Assembly: GCA_964617595.1 (NCBI GenBank)
Contig: CAZTYB010000001.1
Location: 1-60,777, forward strand
DNA length: 60,777 bases
From: an uncultured Oscillospiraceae bacterium
GTDB taxonomy: Bacteria; Bacillota; Clostridia; Oscillospirales; Oscillospiraceae
Direction of reading: 5' to 3'
Shown: positions 49,473-58,958 of the stretch, in pieces
Position numbering within the stretch: the stretch's first letter is position 1
How the letters are laid out: every line of letters begins with the position of its first letter
The notes under the pieces: generated by a model
Told to the model about the DNA's origin: nothing
Seen by the model: only the letters and a program-made list of their open reading frames with translations
Database searches by the model: none
Made by a program: the position numbers and the translations under genes

Positions 49473-51038
49473 CGATTGATCCATATAGGGCATTCCCAGA
49501 TAGTCCCGCATATCGTAATAGTTTTGCAGACTGCGCCAGCCGCCGCTGGAGGTGCCCAGTGCGGTGGTAACGACACGGGTGTTGGGCAGGGAATTGATCA
49601 GCAGCTGCTGATCGGCATAGCTGTAATCGGGGGCGAACAGATTTTTTAGCCAGGTCATCTGGGCGATGGGCGCCAGATCGGAATTCCACATATGGTCACC
49701 GATGTGCAGATCCTCCAGTGCGGTGCAGCCCAGCAGAGGGGAAAAATCATGGACGATGCCGTGATCCAGCTCTAAGTAGATCAGCTCCTTGCAGTTGCTC
49801 AGGGGGGTGATGTCCTCCACCTGGGTCCAGGCCAGGATCAGATACTTCAGATGGGGCATATAGGCGGCGAAATCAATGGTCTTCACATTGGAGTGGCCGA
49901 TATCAATGCACACCATATCTTCGCAGAAACGCAGATCGTAGACGTTCTTTTCTTCGAAATAGTATTCCCCCTGCTTGATGGGCATGAAATAGGTCTCGTC
50001 GGTGCGTGCCTTGCATTTGCTGGTGAAGATGATCGTCCAGACCACCTTGTATTCGCTGCGCACCTCATCCCGATAGGCGGCCATATCCTCGTTCTCGATG
50101 CCGGTGCTGTCCACGATCAGCTTTTCCAGATTGGGGAAGAGGGCGCCGATGCGCTTCGCTTCCTCGATGGAGCCGATGGGCTGGCCGGAGATATCCACCT
50201 CCGTGGCATCGCCGGAGAAAGTCGCCCCACAGGCGGTCACATCCCAGTGGATATCCACATTGGGGTATTCTGAGCGCAGTTGGGTCAGCTGTGCACCGGT
50301 GGCCTGGGGATCGTGAATGGTCAGCTCCTTTAGGTTCGGCATGGCGGCCAGTCCGACGGACAGCTCCTCATATCCGGCACCGGTGATGTCCATTTCCGTG
50401 GCATCGGAGGAGATTTCCGTCCCGGCGATGGAGGTCAGTGTCGTTACCTCCCATTCCGGGTGGGATTGCGCCAGCTGCTGCAACAGGCTGTATTCCCGGC
50501 AATTCTGACCGTCCACTTTGGTCAGGCAGGGCAGCGCCTCCAGCATGGGGATATCCTCACGGCTCAGGGAGGTGAGGGTCACGGTGGTGGTATCCGGCGT
50601 GTAGCGGTCTGCGCCAACGGGGACGGTATAATGGAACGTGACTTGCGGATATTGGGTATAGGCTTTTGCCAGGGCGACATAATCCGTGCAGCTCTGTGCA
50701 TTCACCGTTTCCAGCTCCGGGAAGTAGGCCAGGGTGGCCACATCGGAAAGAGCCAGCCAATCTATGGTGATCTCCCGGGAATCGCTGGAGAAGTAGCTCC
50801 CGGATATGGGAACGCTCCACAGGATCTGGGTTCCGGGGATCTTGCGGCCAAGGGTATCGAAATCCTCTATGCTGATGGCACGGTCACGCAGATCCAGTTG
50901 AGCCTGCCCTTTCGGGAAAAGCTGCCAACCGACAATCACATAGTCCTTCGTAATAAAGAAACTGGCAACGAAAATGACGACCAGTGCGATCACCAAAATG
51001 GTGGCGAAAATGGTGCTGGTCATTTTTCTGTTTCTCAT
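49470..51038 (-). CDS. Membrane-anchored leucine-rich-repeat protein, paralog 2
   Basis: N-terminal TM; LRRs; clearly homologous to 42147-43595; start MRNRK after AAGGAG. Confidence 0.82.
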   Translation of the reverse strand: MRNRKMTSTIFATILVIALVVIFVASFFITKDYVIVGWQLFPKGQAQLDLRDRAISIEDFDTLGRKIPGTQILWSVPISGSYFSSDSREITIDWLALSDVATLAYFPELETVNAQSCTDYVALAKAYTQYPQVTFHYTVPVGADRYTPDTTTVTLTSLSREDIPMLEALPCLTKVDGQNCREYSLLQQLAQSHPEWEVTTLTSIAGTEISSDATEMDITGAGYEELSVGLAAMPNLKELTIHDPQATGAQLTQLRSEYPNVDIHWDVTACGATFSGDATEVDISGQPIGSIEEAKRIGALFPNLEKLIVDSTGIENEDMAAYRDEVRSEYKVVWTIIFTSKCKARTDETYFMPIKQGEYYFEEKNVYDLRFCEDMVCIDIGHSNVKTIDFAAYMPHLKYLILAWTQVEDITPLSNCKELIYLELDHGIVHDFSPLLGCTALEDLHIGDHMWNSDLAPIAQMTWLKNLFAPDYSYADQQLLINSLPNTRVVTTALGTSSGGWRSLQNYYDMRDYLGMPYMDQS

Positions 51039-51116
51039 GTTTTTCTCCTTTGAAATGTGCTGTTTGCGATCTATTATGCACCCCAAAAAGGAAAAAGTCA
51101 AGTATACCCGGCGAAT

Positions 51117-51920
51117 TCACTTGTCTTCCCGGGTGAGGGATTTTGGAATCGTGATGGTGAGGACGATTTGACTGTCCGTCTCCCGCCGCTCGGATACGGC
51201 GGGGATACCGCTTTGCTGCATCCTGGAGAGGGAAGCGGTGAGATTGTTCAGGAATGCCCCAACATTGGTTCGCTGCGGGGCATCTTCTTTCCCTTTCAGC
51301 AATTGCTGGATGTATTTCTCCGTCTGGGCAACGCTCATTGCATGGCGGCTGATTTGGGCAATGGCGCTGAGTTTTGCCGGTTCCTCTTTCAGCTTTAGCA
51401 GCGCCCGGCCGTGGCGCTCGGTTAGTTTCCCCTCCCGCAGAGCATCCAGTACGGCATCGCTGTGCTGTAAAAGACGGAGCTTGTTGGCGATGGCGCTTTG
51501 GCTCTTGCCCAGGAGCCGGGCGGCCTGCTCCTGGCTCAGCTCCCCCAGCTCCATCAGGTGGCGGATGCCTCTGGCTTCTTCAATAAAGTCCAGATCCTGC
51601 CGCTGCAAATTTTCCACCAATGCGGCCATGCCGGATTCCCGGTCATCCATCTGCATCACGATGCAGGGAACTTCCGTCAGTCCCGCCATCATGGCTGCCC
51701 GCAGCCGCCGTTCCCCCGCCACCAGTTCGTAGCCGTTGCCCACCCGCCGGACGGACAGGGGCTGCAAAATGCCGTGCTGCCGGATGGAATCGGCCAGCTC
51801 CCCCAGCCCTGCTTCGTCAAATATCTGGCGGGGTTGCGCCGGATTGGGGCGAAGCCCCTTGGGCGGGAGGAAGATCACCCGCCCGGATTCCAGATAGGTT
51901 TTCAGTTTCTGACATTGCAT
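51117..51920 (-). CDS. Orphan ParB/Spo0J/Noc-family protein
   Basis: PNPAQPR, ELADSI..HGILQP, LVAGERRLRA, ENLQRQDL, HTH GKSQSAIANKLRLL. Confidence 0.92.
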   Translation of the reverse strand: MQCQKLKTYLESGRVIFLPPKGLRPNPAQPRQIFDEAGLGELADSIRQHGILQPLSVRRVGNGYELVAGERRLRAAMMAGLTEVPCIVMQMDDRESGMAALVENLQRQDLDFIEEARGIRHLMELGELSQEQAARLLGKSQSAIANKLRLLQHSDAVLDALREGKLTERHGRALLKLKEEPAKLSAIAQISRHAMSVAQTEKYIQQLLKGKEDAPQRTNVGAFLNNLTASLSRMQQSGIPAVSERRETDSQIVLTITIPKSLTREDK

Positions 51921-52076
51921 CGATCCTGGCCTCCTTTAGTACCTGTTGCATATCGCTACCAGTATACCCGCCCAGGGATGGAAAAGCCCACGAATTGGGG
52001 CTTCCGCTGGATTAAAATAGACCCATCGGAACGAGATAAGGGGAGGCGAAACGCCTCCCCTTGAGGATATTGAAGA

Positions 52077-54080
52077 TCAATGCTCTTTGCGCACATCCTC
52101 CCGGCGGCTGCGCTTGGCAACGTAGAGCTGATTGTCCGCCTGGACGGTTGCCTCCCGGAAATCCTCATAATTGCGAAGGGTGAACGGATGGAAGCCCACG
52201 GACAGGCCGATATAGTATGGCTTGCCGCAGGTGTCGTTCGTCCGCTGGCAGGCGGCGGCCAGCCTTGAGCGGAAGAGGTTAGGGAATTCCGGATTGTTGG
52301 TCAGCACCAGGCAGACGAATTCGTCCCCACTGACCCGAGCCAGTTTGTCCCCCTCCCGGATGCATTCACGCAGGATGGTGGCGCAGGTGGAGATGGCGAA
52401 ATTCCCCTCCGGATGGCCGAAATAGTCGTTGATTTGCTTCAAATGGTCGAGATCGCAGTACATCACGAAAGCATCCCGGGGCGTACTGTCTTGGCACAGG
52501 TGCTTGATGCTGCTGGTCAGACCCCGCAGATTTAACAGCCCCGTCAGCTGATCGTATCCCGCCAGGGTATCCAGTTCCCGGTTGCGGGCACGGATGGCCT
52601 CCATATCCCGGGTCATTTGGTAGCGGTGCATCTCCTGCAATTTGCTGATCTCCAGATATTGCAGGGACAGTCCCAACTGCAAACTGACCACATAGAAGAA
52701 TGCCAATTCGTCCGACGGTACTTCGCAGGCCAGCAGACCATATTGCCGGTCACCGGAGAACAGCAGGAAGCACATGAACTGGTGCGCCTTGCCGTCATCC
52801 GTCAGCTGGGCGATGCCCCGCTCCGGGGTGACGTGGGGGCGGTCATAGGTCTGGTAGGCGAAGCTCTTGCCGTCCCGGCAGTAGGCCGCCAGATACAGAT
52901 TGTCCGGGCAGCTCCATTCGCTCCTGCCATCGTAGCTGAGGGAGTGATCCAGCAGGAAGAGATAAGCCGTCTTGGCTTTCAGCAGCCGCAATTTCTCCAT
53001 CATCTGGAAGCAGTACTCCGCTTCGTTCTGCACGCAGTCGTTCAGGTCACGTGCCATCATGGGAATGAACCAGGATTTTCCCTGGAATTCGGCGAATCGC
53101 TGCTCCCGCAGGGCGGCCTCGGTGCGCATCCTTACCAGTTGGGTGGCGGCCTCCTGGGGAGTTGCACCCTGGCGCTGCCGGGCTGCGCAGCCGCAGGATT
53201 CCCGGGGCAGGATCCGCACGGGGAACCGCCCATCGGAGACCGGCTCCCCCCGGAGGATTTTGCCCATGTCCGTCATGGCCTGGTAGCCGATGCCGTAGGC
53301 ATCCTGCAATACGGAAGCCAGGGGCGGGTCGAGCTTCTCAGAGAAGTCGCCTCCGTCGAATCCAGTGATTTTTAAATCCGTGCCGATGCGGATGCCCCGC
53401 CGGCGGCATACCTGGTAGCAGGCGGCGGCCATCTCATCATTGGCGAAAGAGAATGCATCCGCATCCGGGTTCTCATCCAGCACCCGTTCGATCTCCCTTT
53501 CCGCATAGCTGGAAAAATCTCCCTGGCCGATCATGCTTTCGTCCACCGGCAGACCGTGGCGCTCCATGGCATCCAGGTACCCCTGATACCGCTCGATGGC
53601 ATCGGTATTGCGCTTGGGGCCACGCATGAACAGGATCTTCTTGCAGCCGTGAACCTCAATCAGGTGTGTGACCATATCGTACATCCCCTGATAGTTGTCG
53701 GCGATGAGATTGTGGCAATTGGGCAGATCCACCTTTTCCGATACGATCACCAGTGGGCGGCTATTGTAGCGCTGGATGAAGTCGGAGGAATCGTCCCGGT
53801 TCAGGTGGAAGCCGACGGTGCCATAGCCGATGATGAAACTGTCCGCCCCGCTGATGCGGCAGTAATCATGGATGGTATTGAACTGATAGTCATATACATT
53901 GCTGCTGAAATCCCCCAGGATGCTCTGGAAGAAAGGCTTCGTATGCATCCGCAGGAAGAAAAAGGCATTGATATCCTCTTCCTTTGCCCGGGAGATCATG
54001 CCCCGGATCATTTCCCGGGGGAAGAAAGAGTGGACACCGCCGATCATGATGCCAACGGAAAATCGTTTTTTGTTGTCCAT
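52077..54080 (-). CDS. Diguanylate cyclase-like protein with LacI-type sugar-binding N-terminal domain
   Basis: ADNYQG, ERYQGY, ANDEMA, ITGFD; D.LTGLLN, DLDHLKQINDYFGH, RVSGDEF. Confidence 0.88.
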   Translation of the reverse strand: MDNKKRFSVGIMIGGVHSFFPREMIRGMISRAKEEDINAFFFLRMHTKPFFQSILGDFSSNVYDYQFNTIHDYCRISGADSFIIGYGTVGFHLNRDDSSDFIQRYNSRPLVIVSEKVDLPNCHNLIADNYQGMYDMVTHLIEVHGCKKILFMRGPKRNTDAIERYQGYLDAMERHGLPVDESMIGQGDFSSYAEREIERVLDENPDADAFSFANDEMAAACYQVCRRRGIRIGTDLKITGFDGGDFSEKLDPPLASVLQDAYGIGYQAMTDMGKILRGEPVSDGRFPVRILPRESCGCAARQRQGATPQEAATQLVRMRTEAALREQRFAEFQGKSWFIPMMARDLNDCVQNEAEYCFQMMEKLRLLKAKTAYLFLLDHSLSYDGRSEWSCPDNLYLAAYCRDGKSFAYQTYDRPHVTPERGIAQLTDDGKAHQFMCFLLFSGDRQYGLLACEVPSDELAFFYVVSLQLGLSLQYLEISKLQEMHRYQMTRDMEAIRARNRELDTLAGYDQLTGLLNLRGLTSSIKHLCQDSTPRDAFVMYCDLDHLKQINDYFGHPEGNFAISTCATILRECIREGDKLARVSGDEFVCLVLTNNPEFPNLFRSRLAAACQRTNDTCGKPYYIGLSVGFHPFTLRNYEDFREATVQADNQLYVAKRSRREDVRKEH

Positions 54081-54116
54081 GACATTACCTCTTTTCTTGC
54101 TTTTTGCGGTAGTGGG

Positions 54117-54420
54117 TTTTCCCTCCCCTGAAAGGGGAGGTGGCAGCGCCCTTAGGCGCTGACGGAGGGGTTTTGCAGCAGGCAATTGCCTTCTATCGAA
54201 AGCCAATGCGGAAACATACCGCAGTAAAACCCCTCAGTCATAATCGGTTGCGAAGAGCCGATTATGACAGCTCCCCTTTCAGGGGAGCCAAGGGATGCTC
54301 TATCTCATTTCCTTTTACCATCCATCCTAGGACATTCCCTCCGCCCCTGCGGGGCGCCTCCCCCAAAGGGGGAGCCAAGAGGGCTGCGCTTAAGCTGCTG
54401 ACATTACTTCGTGAGGGGAG
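54117..54420 (+). repeat. REP doublet plus partial composite, copy 6
   Basis: Same shell as 32020-32195, then tail CTCTATCTCATTTCCTTTTACCAT, then GGGCTGCG-CTTAAGCTGCTGACATTA arm (54389-54406). Confidence 0.88.
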
Positions 54421-54715
54421 TGCCCTGCCATGGATGGCAGGGCGTGTGAAAAATGGCGGATTCTTGCGGCGTTTTGGCACGCATTTTCATACACTATAAC
54501 TATAACAGATTTTATTATAAAAATCTACCATTTTTTGGCAATTATAAATATTATTTTTGCATAACTGCATTGCTGTTGCTGAAATGGTGCCCAGCGGCGG
54601 AAAAAGTTCCGTTTTCCTGAGAAAAGCTTGCAAAATGCCCATTTTAGATAATTGCACATGGATGAAGCGCCGGGGGCGAAATTTTTGTATCAATAGCAGA
54701 ATTCGGCGCCGGGCG

Positions 54716-54744
54716 TTGACAAACCGGGGGCGGTGATGTAAAAT
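54716..54744 (+). promoter_or_regulatory. sigma70 promoter for purC-purA-purB
   Basis: TTGACA-17-TAAAAT. Confidence 0.75.
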
Positions 54745-54851
54745 TTCAATTTGGGGGAGACTGTATTTTTGCGCATTTTGTGCCGCTTTCCCCGGAAGAA
54801 ATGTTGTTATTTGATACCGCTTCGGCGGAGACAAACAGGAGGATTTTCACC

Positions 54852-55568
54852 ATGGAAAAGCTTCAGCAGCTCTACGAGGGCAAGGCCAAGAAGGTCTTCG
54901 CCACCAACGATCCCGAGAAACTCATCGTCTCCTACAAGGACGATGCCACCGCATTCAACGGCCTGAAAAAGGGCACCATCCAGGGCAAGGGCGTGATCAA
55001 TAATCAGATGTCTAACCGCCTCATGGCCTACCTGGAGAAGCAGGGTGTGCCCACCCATTTCCTGGAGGAGATCAACGAACGGGAGACCATCGTGAAGAAA
55101 GTCTCCATCGTCCCGCTGGAAGTCATCGTCCGCAATATCTCCGCCGGTTCTTTCGCCAAGCACTATGGCGTGGAAGAGGGGATCGTATTCGACCAGCCCA
55201 CCATCGAATTTTCCTATAAGAATGACGAATTGGGTGATCCGCTGCTCAATCGCTACCATGCCCTGGCGCTGAAACTGGCCACCGCCGAGGAGATCGATAC
55301 CATTGAGCGCTACGCATTCAAGGTAAACGAAGTGCTCAAAGCGTTCTGGCTCTCCGCCGGGGTGACCCTGGTGGACTTCAAGCTGGAGTTCGGCCGCCTG
55401 AGCGACGGCACCATCGTCCTGGCTGACGAGATCAGCCCGGATACCAGCCGCCTGTGGGATGTGAAGACCCAGGAGAAGCTGGATAAAGACCGCTTCCGCC
55501 GGGATATGGGCGGCGTGGAAGAAGCTTATGCCGAAATCATGAAACGTATGGAAGAAACGCTGAAATAA
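54852..55568 (+). CDS. purC: SAICAR synthetase
   Basis: [40 protein letters not shown]. Confidence 0.97.
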   Translation: MEKLQQLYEGKAKKVFATNDPEKLIVSYKDDATAFNGLKKGTIQGKGVINNQMSNRLMAYLEKQGVPTHFLEEINERETIVKKVSIVPLEVIVRNISAGSFAKHYGVEEGIVFDQPTIEFSYKNDELGDPLLNRYHALALKLATAEEIDTIERYAFKVNEVLKAFWLSAGVTLVDFKLEFGRLSDGTIVLADEISPDTSRLWDVKTQEKLDKDRFRRDMGGVEEAYAEIMKRMEETLK

Positions 55569-55578
55569 GGGGAAAATT

Positions 55579-56853
55579 ATGAGTAATTGTGCAATCGTAG
55601 GAATCAACTGGGGCGACGAGGGCAAGGGGCGCATGGTGGATCTGCTCACCAGCGACTATGATATCGTCGTCCGCTATCAGGGCGGCGGCAACGCCGGCCA
55701 CACCGTCATCAATGAATATGGCAAATTCGCCCTGCATCTGCTGCCCAGCGGCATTTTCCGCCCCGGCGTTGTGAACATCCTGGGCAATGGCGTGGCGCTG
55801 GATCCGGAGAACCTGTGGAACGAGATTGAACAGGTGCGGGCTCAGGGCGTGAGCCTGACCCCGGATAATTTGAAAATCAGTGACCGGGCATCGCTACTGA
55901 TGCCCTGGCACCGGGATCTGGACGGGCTGGAAGAAGCCCGCCTTGCGGATAAAAAATTCGGCTCAACCAAGCAGGGCATCGCCCCCTTCTACGCCGACAA
56001 ATTCGCCAAGAAAACCGTTCTGGCCGGGGAGCTGCTATACCCGGAGCATCTGAAAGCCCATCTTGCCGACCTGCTGGAATGGAAGAACCTGACCCTGACC
56101 CGGGTATACGGTGCCGAGCCCGTCACCATGGAGGATCTGGAAAAATGGCTGGATGACTACTGCGAGAAGATCAAGCCTTTCGTCTGCGATACCGGTGTCT
56201 TCCTGCGGGATGCCCAGGCAGCGGGCAAGAGCATCCTCTTCGAGGCACAGCTGGGCGCCCTGCGTGACCTGGACTACGGCATCCATCCCTATACCACCTC
56301 CTCCAACCCCATTGCAGCCTACGCCCCCGTGGGTTCCGGTATGCCCAATGTAAAGATTGACGAAGTCGTTGGCGTGGTCAAGGCATATTCCAGCTGCGTT
56401 GGTGAGGGATCGTTCACCTGCGAACTCTTCGGCGAAGAGGCGGACAAGCTCCGGGAAGCCGGATTTGAATACGGTGCGAAGACCGGCCGCCCCCGCCGTG
56501 TGGGTCCCATCGACATCGTTGCCACCCGCTATGGCGTTCGGTGCCAGGCGGCCACCAATATCGCCCTGACCAAGATGGATGTCATGGGCTACCTGGACAA
56601 GATCCCCGTCTGCGTTCAGTACGAGGTCAACGGCCAGAAAACGGACGAATTCCCCTTCCCCTGCCTGCTGGATGAGGCGAAGCCCGTGATGGAATATCTC
56701 CCCGGCTGGAAATGCGACATTTCCTCCGCCCGGAAATGGGAAGACCTGCCCAAGGAAGCCCAGGACTATGTGCTCTACATCGAGCAGAAGATCGGCTGCC
56801 ACATCGGCTATGTGTCCGTCGGCCCTGAGCGGGACAGCATCATTGTCCGCTGA
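55579..56853 (+). CDS. purA: Adenylosuccinate synthetase
   Basis: WGDEGKG, RYQGGGNAGHT, EYGAKTGRPRRVG, SVGPER. Confidence 0.97.
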   Translation: MSNCAIVGINWGDEGKGRMVDLLTSDYDIVVRYQGGGNAGHTVINEYGKFALHLLPSGIFRPGVVNILGNGVALDPENLWNEIEQVRAQGVSLTPDNLKISDRASLLMPWHRDLDGLEEARLADKKFGSTKQGIAPFYADKFAKKTVLAGELLYPEHLKAHLADLLEWKNLTLTRVYGAEPVTMEDLEKWLDDYCEKIKPFVCDTGVFLRDAQAAGKSILFEAQLGALRDLDYGIHPYTTSSNPIAAYAPVGSGMPNVKIDEVVGVVKAYSSCVGEGSFTCELFGEEADKLREAGFEYGAKTGRPRRVGPIDIVATRYGVRCQAATNIALTKMDVMGYLDKIPVCVQYEVNGQKTDEFPFPCLLDEAKPVMEYLPGWKCDISSARKWEDLPKEAQDYVLYIEQKIGCHIGYVSVGPERDSIIVR

Positions 56854-56886
56854 GCGGCGCCATTCTTGGAAGAATAGGAGAATCAT

Positions 56887-58302
56887 ATGACCGACCGTTA
56901 TGAATCCCCCCTGTCGTCCCGCTATGCATCGGAATATATGCTGCATCTTTTCTCCGCTGAGACCAGGATCCAAACCTGGCGCAAGCTCTGGGTATCCCTG
57001 GCCAAAGCGGAGCACGCCCTGGGGCTGCCCGTAACCCAGCGCCAGGTGGAGCAGCTGGAAGAGCACCTGACGGATATCGATTTCGCCGTGGCCGCCGCCC
57101 GGGAGAAAGAGGTGCGCCATGATGTGATGGCGCACGTGTATGCCTATGGCCTGGTCGCCCCGGAGGCGGCGGGCATCATCCATCTGGGCGCCACCAGCTG
57201 CTACGTGACGGACAATGCGGACGTGGTCGTTTACCGGGACGGATTGCGCTACCTGCGGGGGCAATTGCTGAAAGTGGTGAAGAATCTTTCGGCTTTCGCC
57301 GACCAGTATAAGGCCACCCCCACCCTGGGCTATACCCATTATCAGCCGGCGCAACTGGTCACCGTGGGCAAGCGTGCTACGCTGTGGATGCAGGATCTCA
57401 TGTCCGATTTGGAGGAATTGGATTTCGTATTGGACAATATGAAGTTCCTGGGCTGCCGGGGCGCCCCCGGCACCGAGGCCAGCTTCATGGATCTGTTCAA
57501 TGGGGACGAATCCAAAATCGACGAGATGAACCGCATGATCAGTGGGGACTTCGGCTTCAGCCGCTGCTTCAGCGTTTGCGGCCAGACCTACCCCCGGAAA
57601 TTGGATAGCCGCATCCTGAATGTGCTCAGCTCCATCGGCCAGAGCTGCTACCGCATGGCCAATGATATCCGCCTGCTGCAACATGACCGCCAGGTGGAGG
57701 AACCATTCGAGAAGAATCAGATCGGCTCCTCCGCCATGGCCTACAAGCGCAATCCCATGCGCTGTGAGCGCATCTGCTCTCTGGCACGGTACCTGATGGC
57801 CGATGCCCTGAACGCCCCCATGACCGCCGCAACCCAGTGGCTGGAGCGCACGTTGGACGATTCCGCCAACCGCCGCATCTCCCTGCCGGAGGCGTTCCTG
57901 TGCGCCGATGCGGTGCTGCGCCTGGCGCAGAATGTCACTGACGGGCTCCACGTGAACGAGAAAATCGTGGAGCGCACCGTGCGGGAATACCTGCCCTTCA
58001 TGACCACGGAGAATCTGATGATGGAGGCGGTGAAGCGGGGCGGCAATCGCCAGGAGCTCCACGAGATCATCCGCACCTGCTCCATGGAGGCTACGGCCAA
58101 AATGAAGAATGGTGAGGATTGCGATTTGCTGGAGCGGCTGGCGCAGCGGAAAGAATTCGGCATGACCCTGGACGAGATGCAGACCCTCCTGAACCCCGCC
58201 GCCTATATCGGCCGCTGCCCCCAGCAGGTGACCAGTTACCTGGCGGAGATCGCCCCCGCCCTGGCCGATGCCAGCACCGAAACGGCGGAAATCAATCTGT
58301 AA
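56887..58302 (+). CDS. purB: Adenylosuccinate lyase
   Basis: RHDVMAH, HLGATS, GSSAMAYKRNP, ERTLDDSANRR. Confidence 0.97.
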   Translation: MTDRYESPLSSRYASEYMLHLFSAETRIQTWRKLWVSLAKAEHALGLPVTQRQVEQLEEHLTDIDFAVAAAREKEVRHDVMAHVYAYGLVAPEAAGIIHLGATSCYVTDNADVVVYRDGLRYLRGQLLKVVKNLSAFADQYKATPTLGYTHYQPAQLVTVGKRATLWMQDLMSDLEELDFVLDNMKFLGCRGAPGTEASFMDLFNGDESKIDEMNRMISGDFGFSRCFSVCGQTYPRKLDSRILNVLSSIGQSCYRMANDIRLLQHDRQVEEPFEKNQIGSSAMAYKRNPMRCERICSLARYLMADALNAPMTAATQWLERTLDDSANRRISLPEAFLCADAVLRLAQNVTDGLHVNEKIVERTVREYLPFMTTENLMMEAVKRGGNRQELHEIIRTCSMEATAKMKNGEDCDLLERLAQRKEFGMTLDEMQTLLNPAAYIGRCPQQVTSYLAEIAPALADASTETAEINL

Positions 58303-58404
58303 TTTCAGGTTCAATGGAGTGCCCCCATTTCGGAACAATCTTATGTTAACGACTGTAGGGGGCTTGCTTTCCCCTCCCGTTTGCACAAACTGCGATTTAC
58401 TGAT

Positions 58405-58761
58405 CGTAGGGACACCCGTCCCCGGGTGTCCGCTGACCGGGTGCGTTGGGTGCCTAAGGCGACCGTGACTGAGGAAGGCTCCCTTGTGTAAAGGGAGCTG
58501 TCGGCCGAGCAGGCCGACTGAGGGATTGTTCAGGGCGGTAGGATGACCCAGGCAGTTCCAGGTTCATCATCGTTCTGATAACGAACCGTTACGAGTGAAT
58601 TTGTTCTCTGGTCAATCCCTCAGTCAAAATCGGTTCCGAAGAGCCGATTTTGCCAGCTCCCTTTACACAAGGGAGCCTTCCCTCTCTCTCGTTCCATTTT
58701 ACCATTCACCCCACATGGCAGATACCGGGAAAAGCGGACACCCCGGAGGGGTGTCCCTACG
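58405..58761 (+). repeat. GTAG-type REP pair enclosing a second REP doublet, copy 7
   Basis: CGTAGGGACACCC..GGGTGTCCGC / GCGGACACCCC..GGGGTGTCCCTACG around GAAGGCTCCCTTGTGTAAAGGGAGC ... GCTCCCTTTACACAAGGGAGCCTTC (58474-58680). Confidence 0.9.
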
Positions 58762-58958
58762 GCGATGAACGGCAAAGCCCATGGGACAAGGGCTCAATTC
58801 CATTTCCGTATACCACACAACGTACACAGCGCAAACCGTTCGATTTGGGCACGGTTTTGGTGCAATCCAAGATTTTGCCCCCCATAACCCGATTCACCCC
58901 GGCGGATTGGCATAAACCCATTCGCCAACGATTTACATCCCAGAAAGGATGACCAAAA

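Noticed and set aside
42147..51038. LRR paralogues as diversity-generating retroelement targets
   Set aside because: No reverse transcriptase or template repeat; divergence is not adenine-specific.
54745..54851. Purine or ZTP riboswitch before purC
   Set aside because: Small hairpins only (for example CCGC-TTCG-GCGG); conserved aptamer motifs not found.
56035..58386. 783-aa minus-strand ORF
   Set aside because: Antisense to purA/purB; no recognisable domain.
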